A stretch of 64,000 nt of DNA from Geosiphon pyriformis uo1 (Eukaryota; Fungi; Glomeromycota). The notes under the pieces are model-generated. The model was not told the DNA's origin and searched no databases. It saw nothing but the letters and a program-made list of their open reading frames with translations. Where the stretch lies: positions 124,001 through 188,000 of the forward strand of contig JAAOMT010000572.1 of the NCBI GenBank assembly GCA_016748015.1, written 5' to 3'. Position 1 is the stretch's first letter, and the number at the start of each line of letters is the position of its first letter. Shown here in pieces: positions 1 to 14,437 of the stretch. The position numbers were made by a program, and so were the translations under genes.

Positions 1-271
1 CAGTACAAGATTTGTCAGATGGTGTGGTTAAGTTGATTGGTATTGATGATTCTTTTGGAGTGAGTTTTGGCTTCTGTAAGTCTTGGTTGTTTTTTTTTGG
101 TTTGACTGATGCAGTTTCTGTTCATATAAGTGCTTAGTATTGCTTTAATTAGTCCGAATGACTAGTCACATATAGTAAATGCATGAATCATATTTAGCTG
201 GAGTCCATAGTTTTGACTCTGTATACTAAGTAGTGATTGAATTGCACTCATTAAACTATAATAAAAAAAAA
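1..271 (+). mobile_element. 3' end of a LINE (ORF2 C-terminus, 3' UTR, poly-A)
   Basis: Translates LSDGVVKLIGIDDSFGVSFGFCKSWLFFFGLTDAVSVHISA* (stop 135-137), homologous to the end of ORF2 at 28940-29057 (...ASVHISA*). The following UTR resembles 29058-29196 and ends in an A-tract. Confidence 0.9.
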
Positions 272-999
272 GATTAACTTTAATTTTTGAAATAATTTTT
301 AAATGTTTAAAGAAATAGTTATTATAAAAACTAACTAAAAATAAAGTAAAAAATAAAATTATTTTTAATTTATATTATATTTATTTTGATTATTTTTTGT
401 GTAATTTTGTATTTGTTTTTATGAAATTGTTTTTTTAATTATAAAAAAATAATATAATTAATTTTTAAGTATTAAATATTTAGATTTAAAAATTATTTAA
501 TAATAATTATTAGCTTTTAAGTTTTAAAAAATATTTTTTAAATTAACCAAAAAAAATTGTGTACTAATTTATAAAATTAAAAAATCAAAATTGGTTTTAA
601 AATAGTAGTATTTAAATCTATTACTATGTGTAATTTTCTTTGAACTTTTATTATTAAGTCTTAACTTATATAATTTATTTCTTAAAATTTTATAGATGTA
701 AAATAATCTATTTTATTTATAATTAAAATTTTTATTTTATTGTTTTTTCAGTTTTAATTCTATATAAAAGAACTTTATTTTTAATTTTAAATTTATTGAT
801 AATAGATAATAATTTGTTGTTATGTTGTTTTTTTTGTTAAATTTAAAAATATTTTATATAAATAGCTGTAATTTAATTTAATTTTTTAAAATACTAAGAA
901 GCATATAATTTCTTTATTAAAGTATTTTTTTTAAATTTTTTTCTGTAATTAGCTAAATTAAATAGGTTTTTACTGTAATATTAATTAATAATATTATTA

Positions 1000-2978
1000 T
1001 TTTTTTATAGATTAAATTAAATAATCTATATTTTATTGTTTTTTATTTTAATATTTAATATATTAGTAATACTAATAAAATAAAGATATTTTATTCTTGT
1101 TCAAAATTGGTTAAGATTTTGATTAATAATTTGCAAAGTATTTTATTAAAATATTTTACAAATCAATTTATTTATAGATAATAAAACAAAAATAAAAGTT
1201 TTTTAATATTAAATTGTTTACAAATTTTTTGTATTAAGTTGTTTATAAAATGTGTTTTTTAATTAGATAAAAGTTTAATTAAGTATTTATGTTTATAAAT
1301 AATGTCTTTGTAAATAAAATTTGCTATTAATTTTGTATTTACTTGTTAAATTGCTCTTGTTTCAGATTATTTTATAAGATAATCTATTATAATTACAATA
1401 TATCAATTTTTTTGAGTTACAATAAATAGTAGTTTGACTAAATTAATATCAAATTAATTAAAAAATTGTTTAATTTTGATTAGATTTAAAAGTTTTATAA
1501 AATGTGTTTTTTTTCTAATAACTATTATAAAACTTAATATATTAATAAATATTTTTTCTTATTTAAAACCAAAAATAATATTTTAATGTTTTTTGAATTA
1601 TGCTATTTTTTTGAAATATATTAATAAAAAATTTGAATGCATATTGTATAAAATAATTTTTTTTATGTTTTTAAATTACTCTAAATAAATTGTCTAAGTT
1701 TTTATAGTTTTAATAATAAATAATATTGTTGTATAAATAATATTGTTTTTATTAGTATTATAATTAATGTTTTTTATTTGAAAACCAAGTTTTTGGTATT
1801 ATAAGTATTTTCAAATATTGTTTAAAATTATTATAGTTTTTGGAATCTATTGTTGTTTTTGCCAATTATTATTATTAAATTAATGAATTTTTAAATTCTA
1901 ATCTTGTTTTATTTTAAAAAAACAATCAATATTTGTGTGTAATTTTTTTGGTTTGTAATATATAACATATTAATAATTTGTAAAAATTTAGATCATTAAA
2001 TTTATTTAATATTTAGTTTTAAATTTTTATTTTAAAGGTATTTAAATTCAATATTATTAATAATAATATCAAATTTTTTAGGTTTAAGATAAAAATTAAA
2101 ATAATTAAAGACCCAAATTACTGTTGTTGTTTCTAATTCAATAATAAAATAAATTTTTTTTGCTGGTTTTAATGTTTTACTGGCATAAACAATTATTTTT
2201 TTTGCTGGTTTTAATGTTTTACTGGCATAAATAATTATTTTTTTATTGTTATTATCATCTAAATAAAATAAAATAATATTAAAAACTATATATAAAACAT
2301 TTATAATTAATTAAAATCTTTTGTTAAAGTTGAAATAAACTAAAATTGAGATTATTTTTAACTTTTTTTTGAGAATATTAATAACTTTTTGTTATTTTGC
2401 TGTTTATTTATATTTGATATTTTTATTGATTAAATAGTTAAAAAATTTGGCAATTTCAAAAAATTTTTTGATAAATTTTTAATAATAAAATATTAATTCT
2501 GGAAATTTTTTCAATTTAATTGTATTTTAAAGAGTTTTAAAATTTTTAACAACACCAATTTTTTTTGAATTAAGTTTAATTCTTTTTTTATTGACAATAT
2601 AACTAAAAAAACCAAATTAATTTTTCAAAATAGTATTTTTTAATGTTTAGTTTTAATCCTGCTTTTTATAATTATTAAAACTTCTTGTAAATAAATTAAA
2701 TAAAATTCAAAAAATAATAAATAAATATTAATATTATTAAAATAAACAATTATTAATTGTTATAAAAGTTTAATATAAACAATATTTATAAGTTTTTAAA
2801 ATATTACTAGTATATCATACAATTCAAAAAATATTATATTAAACTTATAGTTTTTTCTTGGATTGTAAAAGCTGTTTTAAAGTAATTTTTAAAATCTATT
2901 ATAACTTGTCAATATTAAATTGTTTTACTTTTAAAACTGGCAAAAATTTGTTAAAAATGACTATATTTAATAATATAA
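1000..2978 (-). pseudogene. Heavily decayed Ty3/Gypsy pol relic (RT ~2400-2950, integrase core ~1100-1500)
   Basis: Reverse strand gives KTAFTIQ..YKFNII, IVYFNNINIY (decayed YLDD region), KAGLKLN and IANFIYKDIIYKHKYLIKLLSN*KTHF (integrase core), collinear with 36800-38830. Boundaries approximate. Confidence 0.7.
2154..2243. repeat. ~43-bp tandem duplication
   Basis: tttttgctggttttaatgttttactggcataaa(c/t)aattattttt occurs twice head to tail. Confidence 0.85.
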
Positions 2979-3945
2979 TATTATAAATAATTATTTGAGT
3001 ATTTAAAATAAATAACAAATCTGTAACTTAATGCTTAATAATTAATAATACTGTAAATGATTTCTGAAAAATTTTTGAATCTAAAAGTTTTGGTTGAGTT
3101 TTTTGTATAATAAACAGAAATTTACTTAATAATTGTTTTTTGAATTTTTTTTTTAGCATAGAAACTGGTTTAATTTAGCAATTATACCTTTTTGATAAGT
3201 TATTTTTAAGTTTTTACTTTTGTTTCATGGGTTTTTTACCAGATTATTCTTGATATCAATATTTTAGCACTTAATTTTTTAATTAATTAGTATACAAAAT
3301 AAAATAAAAAAAATAAAAATAAAAAAAAAATAAAAAAAAATAAAAAAATAATATTCTGTTAATAGCTATAATTAAGAATTATTGGTTTAGTATAATTAAG
3401 TAGTGAATTTTATCAATATAAATTGTTAATAAAATTGGAGAATAATAATGTTAATTTAATAATAAAAAATAACATAAATTGAATATTAAAACAATAATTT
3501 TATTTAATATTTGGATAATTTTACTTTAAGATATAGAAAATTATTTTTTAAAAAAAAAAGTACATTATGAATATTTATTGTTTTTTAACTAAGAACTTGT
3601 CTAAATATGTAAATTTTTAAATAACTTTCTTATTTTTAATATTACTATTATATATATATAATTTTTGTTATATAAAATCTTACATATTTCTATTTTTTTC
3701 TATGATATTTTTTAAAATTGTGTTTATTTCTAAATAATATGTTATAATTTCTTGAAAATATGTATATTTGTAAAAAATATGCACATTCTTAAAAATGTAT
3801 TGTGAATTTCTGAAAATATGCTTATTTTTGCAAATATACATATTTCTAAAAATGTGTTTATATATTAAGTACTATTTTTTTATTGGTTTATTCTTATAAT
3901 CTGTTTTTTTTATTTCTTTTTTGTATTTTTTTTCTATGAATAATA
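2979..3945 (-). mobile_element. Solo LTR of the dUTPase-Gypsy family
   Basis: Reverse complement matches the LTRs at 14655 and 42197, with decayed TGTTA...TGTAACA ends. ATAA on both flanks (2975-2978, 3946-3949). Confidence 0.8.
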
Positions 3946-6195
3946 ATAACTAATAATTAATTTTAGTTTATTTTAAAAAATATGTTATTGTTATTATTAT
4001 TTATATTAAAAAAAAACTAGTTGTTATCAAAGAAATTTTATTTAAAATTTTATTTAGAACTGCAAAAAAACTTAATATAACAATAGTAAATATAAACAAT
4101 TACTATTGTTTTTTGACTTTTTGGTCTTTTTGGTTATTTATAAAATAATAATAGTAATATTAATAAAAAAAAAAGCAGAAAAAATCAGTATTATAACTAA
4201 AAAATAATAATAATAATAATAAAAAAACACATAAAATTAAAATAGCCAATTAAAAAAAAAAAAAAAAAGAATATTTTAAAAAATCCTGAATTTTTTAGGA
4301 AATCCAAAATTTTTTAAGAAATCTAAAATATTTCAAAAAATTTAAAATATTTCAAAAATTAAGAATTTTTTAAGAATGTTAACAAAAGAAAAAAAAATTT
4401 TAGTATAACAAAAATTATGTATATATAACAATAATATCAAAAGTGAAAAAAAACAAACAAGTTTAAACAGACAAATAGTTAAGAAATACTTTTTTTTTCA
4501 AAAGATAGTTTTCTATATTTTAAAGCAAAATCATATCTATATTAATAAAAATATTTAATTATATCATCTAATTTATATTATTTATAAATTAAATTAAATA
4601 TATTTATTGTTTTATTTATTAACAACTTATATTGATAATATCCAATACTTAATTATACTAAAACAATAGCTTTTAATTACAGTTATTAATAAAATACTAA
4701 TTTTTTATTTAATTTTATTTTATTTGTTTTTGTATTATGTACTAATTAATTAAAAAATTAAGTATTAAGATATTGATATTAAAAATAGTTTAATAAAAAA
4801 TTCATAAAACAAGAATAAAAACTTAAGAATAGTTTACCAAAAAAGCATAACTGTCAGATTAAACCAGTTTTTATGCTAAAGAAAAAAATTTGAAAAAACA
4901 ACTAATAAATAAATCTTTGTTTATTATATAAAGAACTCAACCAAAATTTTTAAATTATGAAAATCTTTAAAAATTATTAATAATATTAGCTATTGAATAC
5001 CAAGTTATGAATTTGTTATTTATTTCAATATTCAAATAATTATCTGTAATATTTAGTGCTCTTTGTAAGATATAATTTAACAGAAAACAAGCATTATTAA
5101 TAATTATTTAAAAAGTAACAGACTAAAAAACCATAAAAAAAAATTATTTGAAATTTGTGAAATCTTTATTTTAATATTACCAAACTTACTTAAAACTAAT
5201 AAGTAATTATTGACCAGTAAAATTAGTTTTCAACTTCTATATTAACAAAAAAATCATATATTACTTGAAAAGACAAAAAGATTCAGAAACTATTAACAGA
5301 AATTTTTACAATGAATTACTATAACATACTAGTTTTTTACAAAATTATAATTTTGTCCTAATAATTACAAAAATAAATTGCAAAATTAAAGAATACACTA
5401 AACAGAAATTTTTTATTATTTTTATTGATAAAAAAAAGAAAATTACAAATTTTTAGCAAAAATTCCAGAAAAAATACAACCATCTACTTAAAAAAAACTA
5501 AAAGTTATTTTACCTATTAATTTATTATATTATTATATATTCAAAAACATTATCAACATATTATTAAGATTTACATTATTATTAACTACAAAGACATCTA
5601 TTGCACAAGTTATATTTTAAAACAATTAGAAAAAATTATAATTATTAAGAACTTATGACAGTTATTTTGAAAAACTGAAATTATAACCAATAATACTATC
5701 AAAACTTTAATTATTGCCATCTTAATTTAATTTTGAATTCACCAATAATTGAATAAATACCAAATCAGAAAAAAAAAGTAGTAATTAGAAAAATAATAAT
5801 TAAAGCCTAATTCCAAATTATTCCAAAAATAAAACTCCAATTAGTTAAATCCAGTAAAATCAAAACAATTTAAATCCCATTTTTATTGTTAAAAACAACT
5901 TATTTCTAGTTATCTAAATTAATTTTTTAGTGATATTAATAGTTACTTCTTAATAATTACAATAATAATTATTAATATTAATAATTTATGTTTTAATTGT
6001 AAAACTTGAAAAATTTACTTGCAAAAAAGATAATACCCAATTTTGGCTAAATAATATCACAAAAACCATTATAGCCAATGGCTGAGACAATATTAGAGCT
6101 TCCTAAATAATTTTATACTTTTTTTAAAATACTATTAACTCATAATATTAAAGTCTTATAAACAAATCTAATAACTATAACATATTCAAAGCCAT

Positions 6196-7190
6196 TTTTA
6201 CCAGTAGAATTTTAGCTATTAATTAGCATGAAATTATCCTCATAATTTTTATTATTAATTAATACATAGTATTATCATTTTTAATTATTACTTATTATTT
6301 AACCAAATTATCAAATATTATCATTCAATTAATAACCTAATTTGTATCATAGAAATTAAGATGATCAAATTACACAATATCCTGAACCATTTAATATAGT
6401 TAAAATTTGCCGAAATTAAAGAAAATTGGCTGAAATAATTAATAATTTGTAGAAATAACTTGTAGTTTACTAAAATATATCTTTAATTTGCCAAAATGTA
6501 TCTTTAGTTTGCCAAAATTAGAGCAAAAAAAAAAGTACAAGTTCAAAGACTAGTACTACAACAAGTTGTATAAAAGAAGAGCTTCTTTTTTTAAGAAAAT
6601 GTATCTTTTTATAGTATCTTATCATAATATCTTACTTTAGATATCTTAATTAGAACAAATCATCTTTTATATATCTTAAATAAAAATTAAATATTCAAAA
6701 ACCAAATTCTTTAAATTATTACATTTGAAATTCTCTCAACACAACTAACATTTTTGAAATTGATTAACTACCAATTTCAGTAATTTGTTAGTGACTCCAG
6801 ATCTGAATAAAAAACGTTTTTCTTGTTAGAATTCTATTTTTTTACATTTTTTTTATTTTTTATTTTATTTTTTATTTAAATCATTAGAGTAGCCTACAAA
6901 CGAGATTTCTGTAGAAAAATTAACTCTTACAGCAAAGTAACTACACATTTTTAGTAAGCTTTCAGATGAGCAATTTTTGGGAAAGAGTTAATGTTTGCTA
7001 CAACATAACTACACAAAATAACTGGCACAAAATTGGCTATTCTATTTATAAGCCTAGCAGTTCAAATTATAGAAGATAATTTAAAGATAAATTCAGTTAT
7101 TGAAAGTTCAACTACTTTTTTTAGTCATGAATTCACAGCAAATAGACATTAATAACATTCAAGAAAAGAGACCAAAAACCTCTGGTAACA
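6196..7190. mobile_element. Solo LTR-like element, family B, copy 1 (inserted in gag of element D)
   Basis: Ends T(T)TTACCAG...CTGGTAACA, flanks ccat/ccac. Homologous to 10463-11470 (opposite orientation) and 20222-21181. Confidence 0.85.
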
Positions 7191-10100
7191 CCACATTTTT
7201 ACAGTATTTTAGTAATTATAATAGTATTAATTACCTATTAATTAGCTTTATTATTATTAAACAAAATAATATTAAAGCAGTTATTATATATTTGGGATGC
7301 TTCTACTTAAATTTATGTTAAATTTAGATTATTAATGCTAATTATTTTACAATATCTCAGATTTTAAATCAGTTTATTTGCAGATTATACAACAGCTTTC
7401 TGTAATAAATACATCTATTATATTTAAACACACTTTAAAATACAGTTATCTATGTCAGAGATTTTGAATTAGCCAAGCTTAAAGCCAATTACACCCAAAC
7501 CATAAATCTAAAAATCAATAAATTATTTAGATTGAATTCTAAACTAAAGCAGTTTAATAAAATAATTAACTAAAAAATAGAAAAATACTTAGCTAACAAT
7601 TAAGCAATTTATTAGTTTTCTTAATATTATAACAATTAAGAAAACCTTAATTGGTTTTAAAATTAGTTGTATCTATCATCATTATTAGCAAGCCAATAAT
7701 AATAGCAAAAAATATGTATCTTTTACTATTATTATAAACAAAGATATATTAAAACAAACTGCTATTTAAAAATAAATAACTTATAATCAAAAAATCAATA
7801 TAAAAACTCTAATCACTAATTTCAAATTCTAAATTACATTAGTAGTTTATTAAAGCTACAACAATATTAATTTTATTATGTATTAATAATACATTAATTA
7901 TTATATATATCTCAAATATATTAGATGTTAACACTTGTAATTTATCAAGTTTTATTATTACAGATAGTTTATTAATTCCAATATATCAGATGTCAATACT
8001 TGTAATTTATTAAGCTTTATTATTACAGATAGTTTATTAACTCTCATAAATTCAAGTACTACTATCAAATTTAGCTCAACTGCCAATCAGAAACCAAAAA
8101 CCAAGAATTATTTAACAAAACTGAAAATCAGTAATAATTATGTATTAATTAAATCCCAGTATATCAAATTAATATTTAAGATTACACCAAAAAAATTTGA
8201 AAAGTGAGTATATTCAGAATTCGAATTTACAGAGTTACTTAAGTCTTTTAACTACTTCAGAAAACAACTTATCCAATAATTTGGAAATCCAGTAACCACT
8301 TATTAAAAATATTTTATTAATCATAATAAAAAAAACAAATTACTTGTTACTATTTTTTTCTTTAAACTTAAAGACTTAATAAAATTTTTTTTATTCAGTA
8401 GAGTTGCTCTTAATACCAAACTAATTATTGTTATATATACTAATGTTAAAGTTAATAACCATTTAATTAAGCTGATTCTTAATCATGAATTAGCAAACAG
8501 CATGATTATATGACAACTTATAGACCAATTAGATTACTAAGTTAATTTTGCCATTAGCATTAGAATTATTATTACTAATAAAGTTATTAAAACTTTTATT
8601 GGCAAAATAAACAACTTTTTTTTCAAAGTTAATAGTATTATTATGCCAATTAAAGTTTTGGTAATAAAAATCATACAATTCCAAGCTTTTATTAGTAATA
8701 ACTGGCTCTTTAAAATCAATACAGTACTTAACTAAAATACTCAAAAGCTTTAATTCAAATATAATAATTAGCATATTTAAATTCTAGCTATCTGTAAATA
8801 TTCAAAACCACCAATAATATATAACTATTAATAGAGTTCAAAAAAAAAAAACCAATTTAAGAAGCATATTAAGTCTTATAGACAGAAAAAAATTACAATA
8901 AGTTATTATTAGTACTTATATAAAAATAAAAAGAAAAAAAGAAGACAAATCTTAAATTACTATCTTCACAAATAAACCAATAAACAGTTAATATGTTCTA
9001 TATTTTATATTAAAACTAAAAAAACAATCACTCTATATTTCATTCAAATACAAAAATTATAACAAAAAACTTTCATTTATAGAAGCTTGTATATTATTAA
9101 AGAAAAAATATAAAATGCACACTTATTACTACTATAAAGCATACTATTAAAAATGTTTTAAACAATTAAAACAACAGAAAACGTAAAACAATAAACTTGT
9201 CTTGCTTGTAAAAAAATTTTTTTAGACAAAAAGATATGAAACAACATTTTTGGTCAAGGAAAAATATACAACAAATTATATCAATACACAATTTTTATCA
9301 ATAAATAAGTAAACAAAAAAATGTTTATAAATACCATATAAAACAGAATTTTTTTATACTTAAACAGTTATTTACATAATAAAAACAAAATCAGAAAAAT
9401 AGCTAGTGTTAAAGTTAAAAGTGATTTATCTAATAAGATATTAATAATCAAAAATAATTTATTAGAACTCTTTGAATTTGTTTTTATTCTGAATTTGAAT
9501 ATATTTGTTAATATCATGAGCAATTTAAAACAATTTTACAAACACTACCAAAAATTAACACTTATAAAAAAAAACAAGAGCAAAGACTAGAACAGTAAAA
9601 TACCAGACTTTGTTAACATTACTTAATTTTTAATAACTTTAAATACTATAATAATTGTAACATTATTTACAATTTACTATCATGTATAATCTATTAAATA
9701 TTTAAAAAAAAAGAACTAATTAGTAAGTATACATAGAAATTGAAATCAGCAATTAATTGCAATTCAGACTCTAATAATAATAATAACAATAGTTTTAATA
9801 TTATCTATAATAACAATAATAATAGCAATTTAAACACCAATTCAAATTCCAAATACCATATTACACTTTCAAATCTTTTTATAAAGCAGAAACTTAAATA
9901 GTTCAGAAATAATAACAAAAATATCATGTTAGAACATATATATAATATTAATACAGAGTTTAATTTCAAATATCTTAAAAAAAAGACCATTATATTAAAA
10001 TTTTACTTGTGTATTAGCATAAGTTTAAAAAATAACAATGAAAATTTTGGCAACAACAATAGTTTAATTAGCATTCAAAAGTAAAAACTATAATTATTAA

Positions 10101-10320
10101 CCAATAAAAAAAAATGACCAACTTATAATTTTAAAATATAAAAACCAAAATCAAATAAACAATATTGAAAAAAAATGTTATAGAATTATTATAAAAAAAA
10201 ATATTAGAAAATTTCAACAGAGCTTAATATTAAAAAAAAAAAATATTATTATATCTAAGAAAATATAATAATAGATAAACAATAAAAAAACACATGATAT
10301 TAAAATAGCCAATTAGAATT

Positions 10321-12975
10321 TATTTATTTAATGCAATTTAACAAGTAAAATTCAACCACTATTTAGTATATAAAATCAAATTAAGTAACTCAAACTAGAC
10401 ACAATTTATGTATTTACTACATATAACCAACCACTTAAGCCAAACAAAACAACATTATACATTGTTACTGGAGGTTTTTGGTCTCTTTTCTTGAATGTTG
10501 TAACTGTTTGTTGGTTGCAAATTTACGTTTTCTAGAAGTAATTAAACCTTTAATAACTGAATTTATCTTCAAATTATCTTCTATAATTTGAACTGCTGGA
10601 CTTATAAGTGGAATGGCCAATTTCTTGCCAGTTACTTTATGTAGTTATGTTGTAGTAAACGTCAACTCTTTCCCAAGAATTTCGTCTAGAAGCTCACTAA
10701 AATGTGTAGTTACTTTGCTGTAAAAGTCAACTCTTCTACAGGAATCTTGTCTGTAGGCTACCCTAATAATTATAATAAGAAAATAAAAGAAATGTAAAAA
10801 AAATGTAAAAAAAATTGAATTCTGTCAAGGGAAACGTTTTTTATCCAGACCTGGAGTCACTAACAGTTTACTGAAATTGGTAGCTAATCAATTTCAAAAT
10901 GTTAATTGGGTTTTGGGGATTTTCCAAATATGATAATTAAAGAATTTGGTTTTTCGAATTATTTGATATTTATTTCTTTTTTTGTGTGTAGGAATGGTTC
11001 TAAGTGATAAATCTAAAGTAAGATATATTTTTTTGAAGAGAAAAGCTCTTTTTTTATACAACTTGTTGTAGTACTAGTCTATGAACTTGCACTTTTTCTC
11101 TTTGCTCAAATTTCGGCAAACTAAAGATACATTTTGATGAACTACAAGTTATTTCGCTGAACTATTAATTAATTTGGGTGAACTATTCATAATTTCGGCG
11201 AATTTCTATAAATTTTGGCGAATTTCTTATAAATTTCGGCGAATTTCTGTAAATTTCGGCGAATTTTTGAATGTTACAAAGTTCAAGGTATTGTGTAATT
11301 TGATCATCCTACTTTTTGTTATACTAATTGGATTATTTAATTGAATTGTGATATGTGATAATTGATTAAATAATAAATGATAATTTGAAATAATATTAAT
11401 ATACTAATTAATTATAAGATTTATAAGGGTAATTTTATGCTAATTAATAGCTAAAATTCTACTGGTAACAACATCTACAAAAATCTTTACATTGCTGCCT
11501 AAGTCAGAAAAAAAAACACAGTTTATGTTTATTAAAACTAACTAGAAAAGACTCAATAATATTAAGAAGCTAGACTACACCATTTAACAACTCTGTTATA
11601 ATGCCACCAGCCAAACTAAATACTATACTACTATTCCCAACCAAATCTGTTTTTTTCATCTTAGCCATAAATTTAGATCTACTAAGCCAAATCATAAAAT
11701 AATGTCTTTTTACTAACTGATCTATAAACACAACAATTTTCAACAAAGCTTTTTTCTTGGTTCTAAAAATCAATAATGCTTTAACACAAAACTTTTACAA
11801 ATTATGGCATATAAACACATATTTAACAAACATCTAAATAATGTTTCTAATACAAAAAAAGAGAAAATAGAAATACCAACCAGTAATTTTCAGAGATCAA
11901 AAAGCTTTAACAGTATCTTATTATAAACACTAACATTTTTGGCACAAATAAAAGCATAATTTGGAAGTTTTATTTTACTACACAGCAAATACAATACACT
12001 CAAATATCTTTTATTATACAATCTTTTTTAAACTGTCATTGACAACCACTTATGTATAGTTTTTATTAAATATGTACATAGCACTTTATATTGCAATTAG
12101 TGCTTTTGTAAACTCTTATTAATAAATTCAGACAGCATGTATTGATCAAGATGTCATATTTTCACAGTAGACAGCCAGTCTATATTCTTAATTAAAGTAC
12201 TTAGTACTACTCTATAACCAGATCTAGCTTTTCAACAAGCATAACAAACAAAATAATACACATTATAAATAAAATAATGGGTATTGCCAGAAACAATTAT
12301 GTTCTTAACCACAATATAGTGTTTATTTATCTTATTTGGCAAAAACAAAAAAGAACTAGCAGCCATTCTTGTTATTTGATCTGTTTTTATATTGTCCAGA
12401 ATTTCTAAATGACTTTTAACCTTTATTCATTTAACTAAAAAACTCTTATCTCTTATCAAATTCATAATATGTTTTCTCTCCACTTAACAAAAGTTGCAAA
12501 AATTTGGCACAATAAAACTTTTTTTAACAATATATGTATCAACAGTCATCTGGCTATTCAGATACACAATTATATTACAAAAAAAAGAAATACACTCTAA
12601 TAATAATATTACAGTTTGTAGTTCAATCAAAATTGATAACAGAAGACTTTCTATTCTAACCCCAATACCCAAATTTACAGCTGAAAAATAAGCAACAGCT
12701 TTATAAGCAATCTTAGTAAAGCCCAAGTTTTTTAAAGAATTATCTGTATAAATCTTAAAAACATTAAACCAAATCTTATGCAAATAGTTTTGCATATCAA
12801 AAAAAATTTTAGATTATAAAATACTTAAGTCACATGACATATAAGCATTAGCAAACTTAGTCAATAATAACCTATTTTTTTTTTATGCATTTAATGAATA
12901 AAGTCCAACTACTATCTAATAACTTATTATTTTGAAAAAATTTTAACATTAGTTTAAATCAACATAGAACAGACT
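10321..12975 (-). mobile_element. 5'-truncated decayed LINE (RNase H to 3' UTR) inserted in the 3' LTR of element D
   Basis: ORF 12484-12795 (KIYTDNSL...SILIELQTVILLLECI) is an RNase H. ORF 11570-11773 matches the ORF2 C-terminus. The 3' UTR at 10321-10458 matches the other LINE tails. Confidence 0.8.
10463..11470. mobile_element. Solo LTR-like element, family B, copy 2 (least decayed)
   Basis: TGTTACTGG...CTGGTAACA ends and a perfect ACAT TSD (10459-10462, 11471-11474). Internal ~19-bp tandem repeat aatttcggcgaatttct at ~11150-11268 retains CpG. Confidence 0.9.
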
Positions 12976-14019
12976 CATTAAAATAGAAAAATAAGAAAAA
13001 AAATTTTTTGTATAATAAAAATTATATATAGTAATAATATTAAAAATAGAAAAAACAAACAAGTTTAAATAAATAATTAATTAAAAAATATTTCTTTTTT
13101 TAAAAGATTGTTTTCTATATCTTAAAATAAAATTATATTTATATTAATAAACATATCTAATTACACTATTTAATTTATATTATTTGTAAATTAAATTGAA
13201 CATATTCATTATTTTACTTATTAGTAATTTATACTAATAATATATAATATCTAACTATACTAAAACAATAGCTTTTAATTATAGTTATTAATAAGATATT
13301 AATTTTTTATTTTTTTTTATTTTTTTATTTTTTTTATTTTATTTTTGTATTGTATACTAATTGATTAAGAAATTAAGCACTAAAATATTAACATCAAAAA
13401 TAGTCTGATAAAAAATCTATAAAAAAAAATAAAAACTTAAGAATAACTTATTAAAAAAAAATAGCTGTTAGATTAAATTGGCTTCTATGTTGAAAAAAAA
13501 ATTCAAAAAAACAATTATCAAGTGAATCTTTGTTCATTATACAAAAAACTTAACCAAAATTTTTAAATCACAAAAATTTTTAGAAATTACCAATGATATT
13601 AACTATTAAACACCAAAATATGAGTTTATTATTTATTTTAACATCCAAATAATTACTTATAATACTAGTTTATTAACTAATCTATTATTGAAAATTTTAG
13701 GGCCTTTAAAAAAAATAATATTTAAAGCTTTTTTATTTTTTACTCTAATTGTAGTTATAAAATTAAAAAAAAAAAAGTTTTTTAAAGTTAATTATAAAAT
13801 TTAAAAAAAAAACAAAAGTTTTTATGTATAATCTTATATTAATAAACTAATTTTCAAAATTTCAAAATTTATATTAATTTAAATATTAATTTAAAAAATA
13901 AAATAAAAATATTTTATATTTAAAAACCAAGTAATTTAAATTTTAATACTTTAAACACTATTAATAATCAGAAATTCTTTATTAAATTTAATTTTTTTTA
14001 AGATATTAGTTTTAATAAT

Positions 14020-14437
14020 TTTTATTAAACCATTTAATGAGTGCAGCCCAATCGCTATCTAGTACATAGAACCAAACTAAGAGGCTTAAACTAAATGTGA
14101 CTCACATACTTTCTACATGTGGCTAGCCACTCAGACCAGACAAGACAACACTACACATCTATAACTACCTGCACACTGCCACCCATACCAGAAAAGAAAC
14201 AATAAGGCTTCCGATGACCAAAGCTAACAGCAAAGGAATTGGCCAAACCAAGCAATCTCACAACACCATGAGACAAAACCGAAGACACACCACAAGAGAG
14301 CCCAGAAACAACACCAACATTACAGACCAGACCAGTCTTCTCTATCACCACCCGGTGGCTGGCTCTAGCCAACCATACTTTAGCATGATGTAATCCAACA
14401 ACAAACCTGACATAATCAACAATTCGAGCAGTGGCCA
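14020..14437 (-). mobile_element. Short 5'-truncated LINE insertion with 12-bp TSD
   Basis: ORF 14151-14438 is homologous to the ORF2 C-terminus (GVVRLLGLANSFAVSFG), followed by the 3' UTR and a short A tail. agttttaataat is duplicated at 14008-14019 and 14438-14449. Confidence 0.9.

Larger units (their letters stand above)
4189..13664 (+). mobile_element. Internally deleted, decayed Ty3/Gypsy element (element D)
   Basis: 5' LTR 4189-5051, decayed PBS tttagtgctctttgtaag, gag, protease (~8420-8760), Cys-rich region and partial dUTPase (~9900-10083) joined directly to the 3' end and PPT. The 3' LTR 10247-13664 is split by a LINE. Flanks tcag/ctag fit a decayed CCAG TSD. Confidence 0.8.

Noticed and set aside
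11150-11268. Short regularly spaced repeats resembling a CRISPR array
   Set aside because: Tandem units without unique spacers inside an LTR-like element, in a eukaryotic context with no cas genes.
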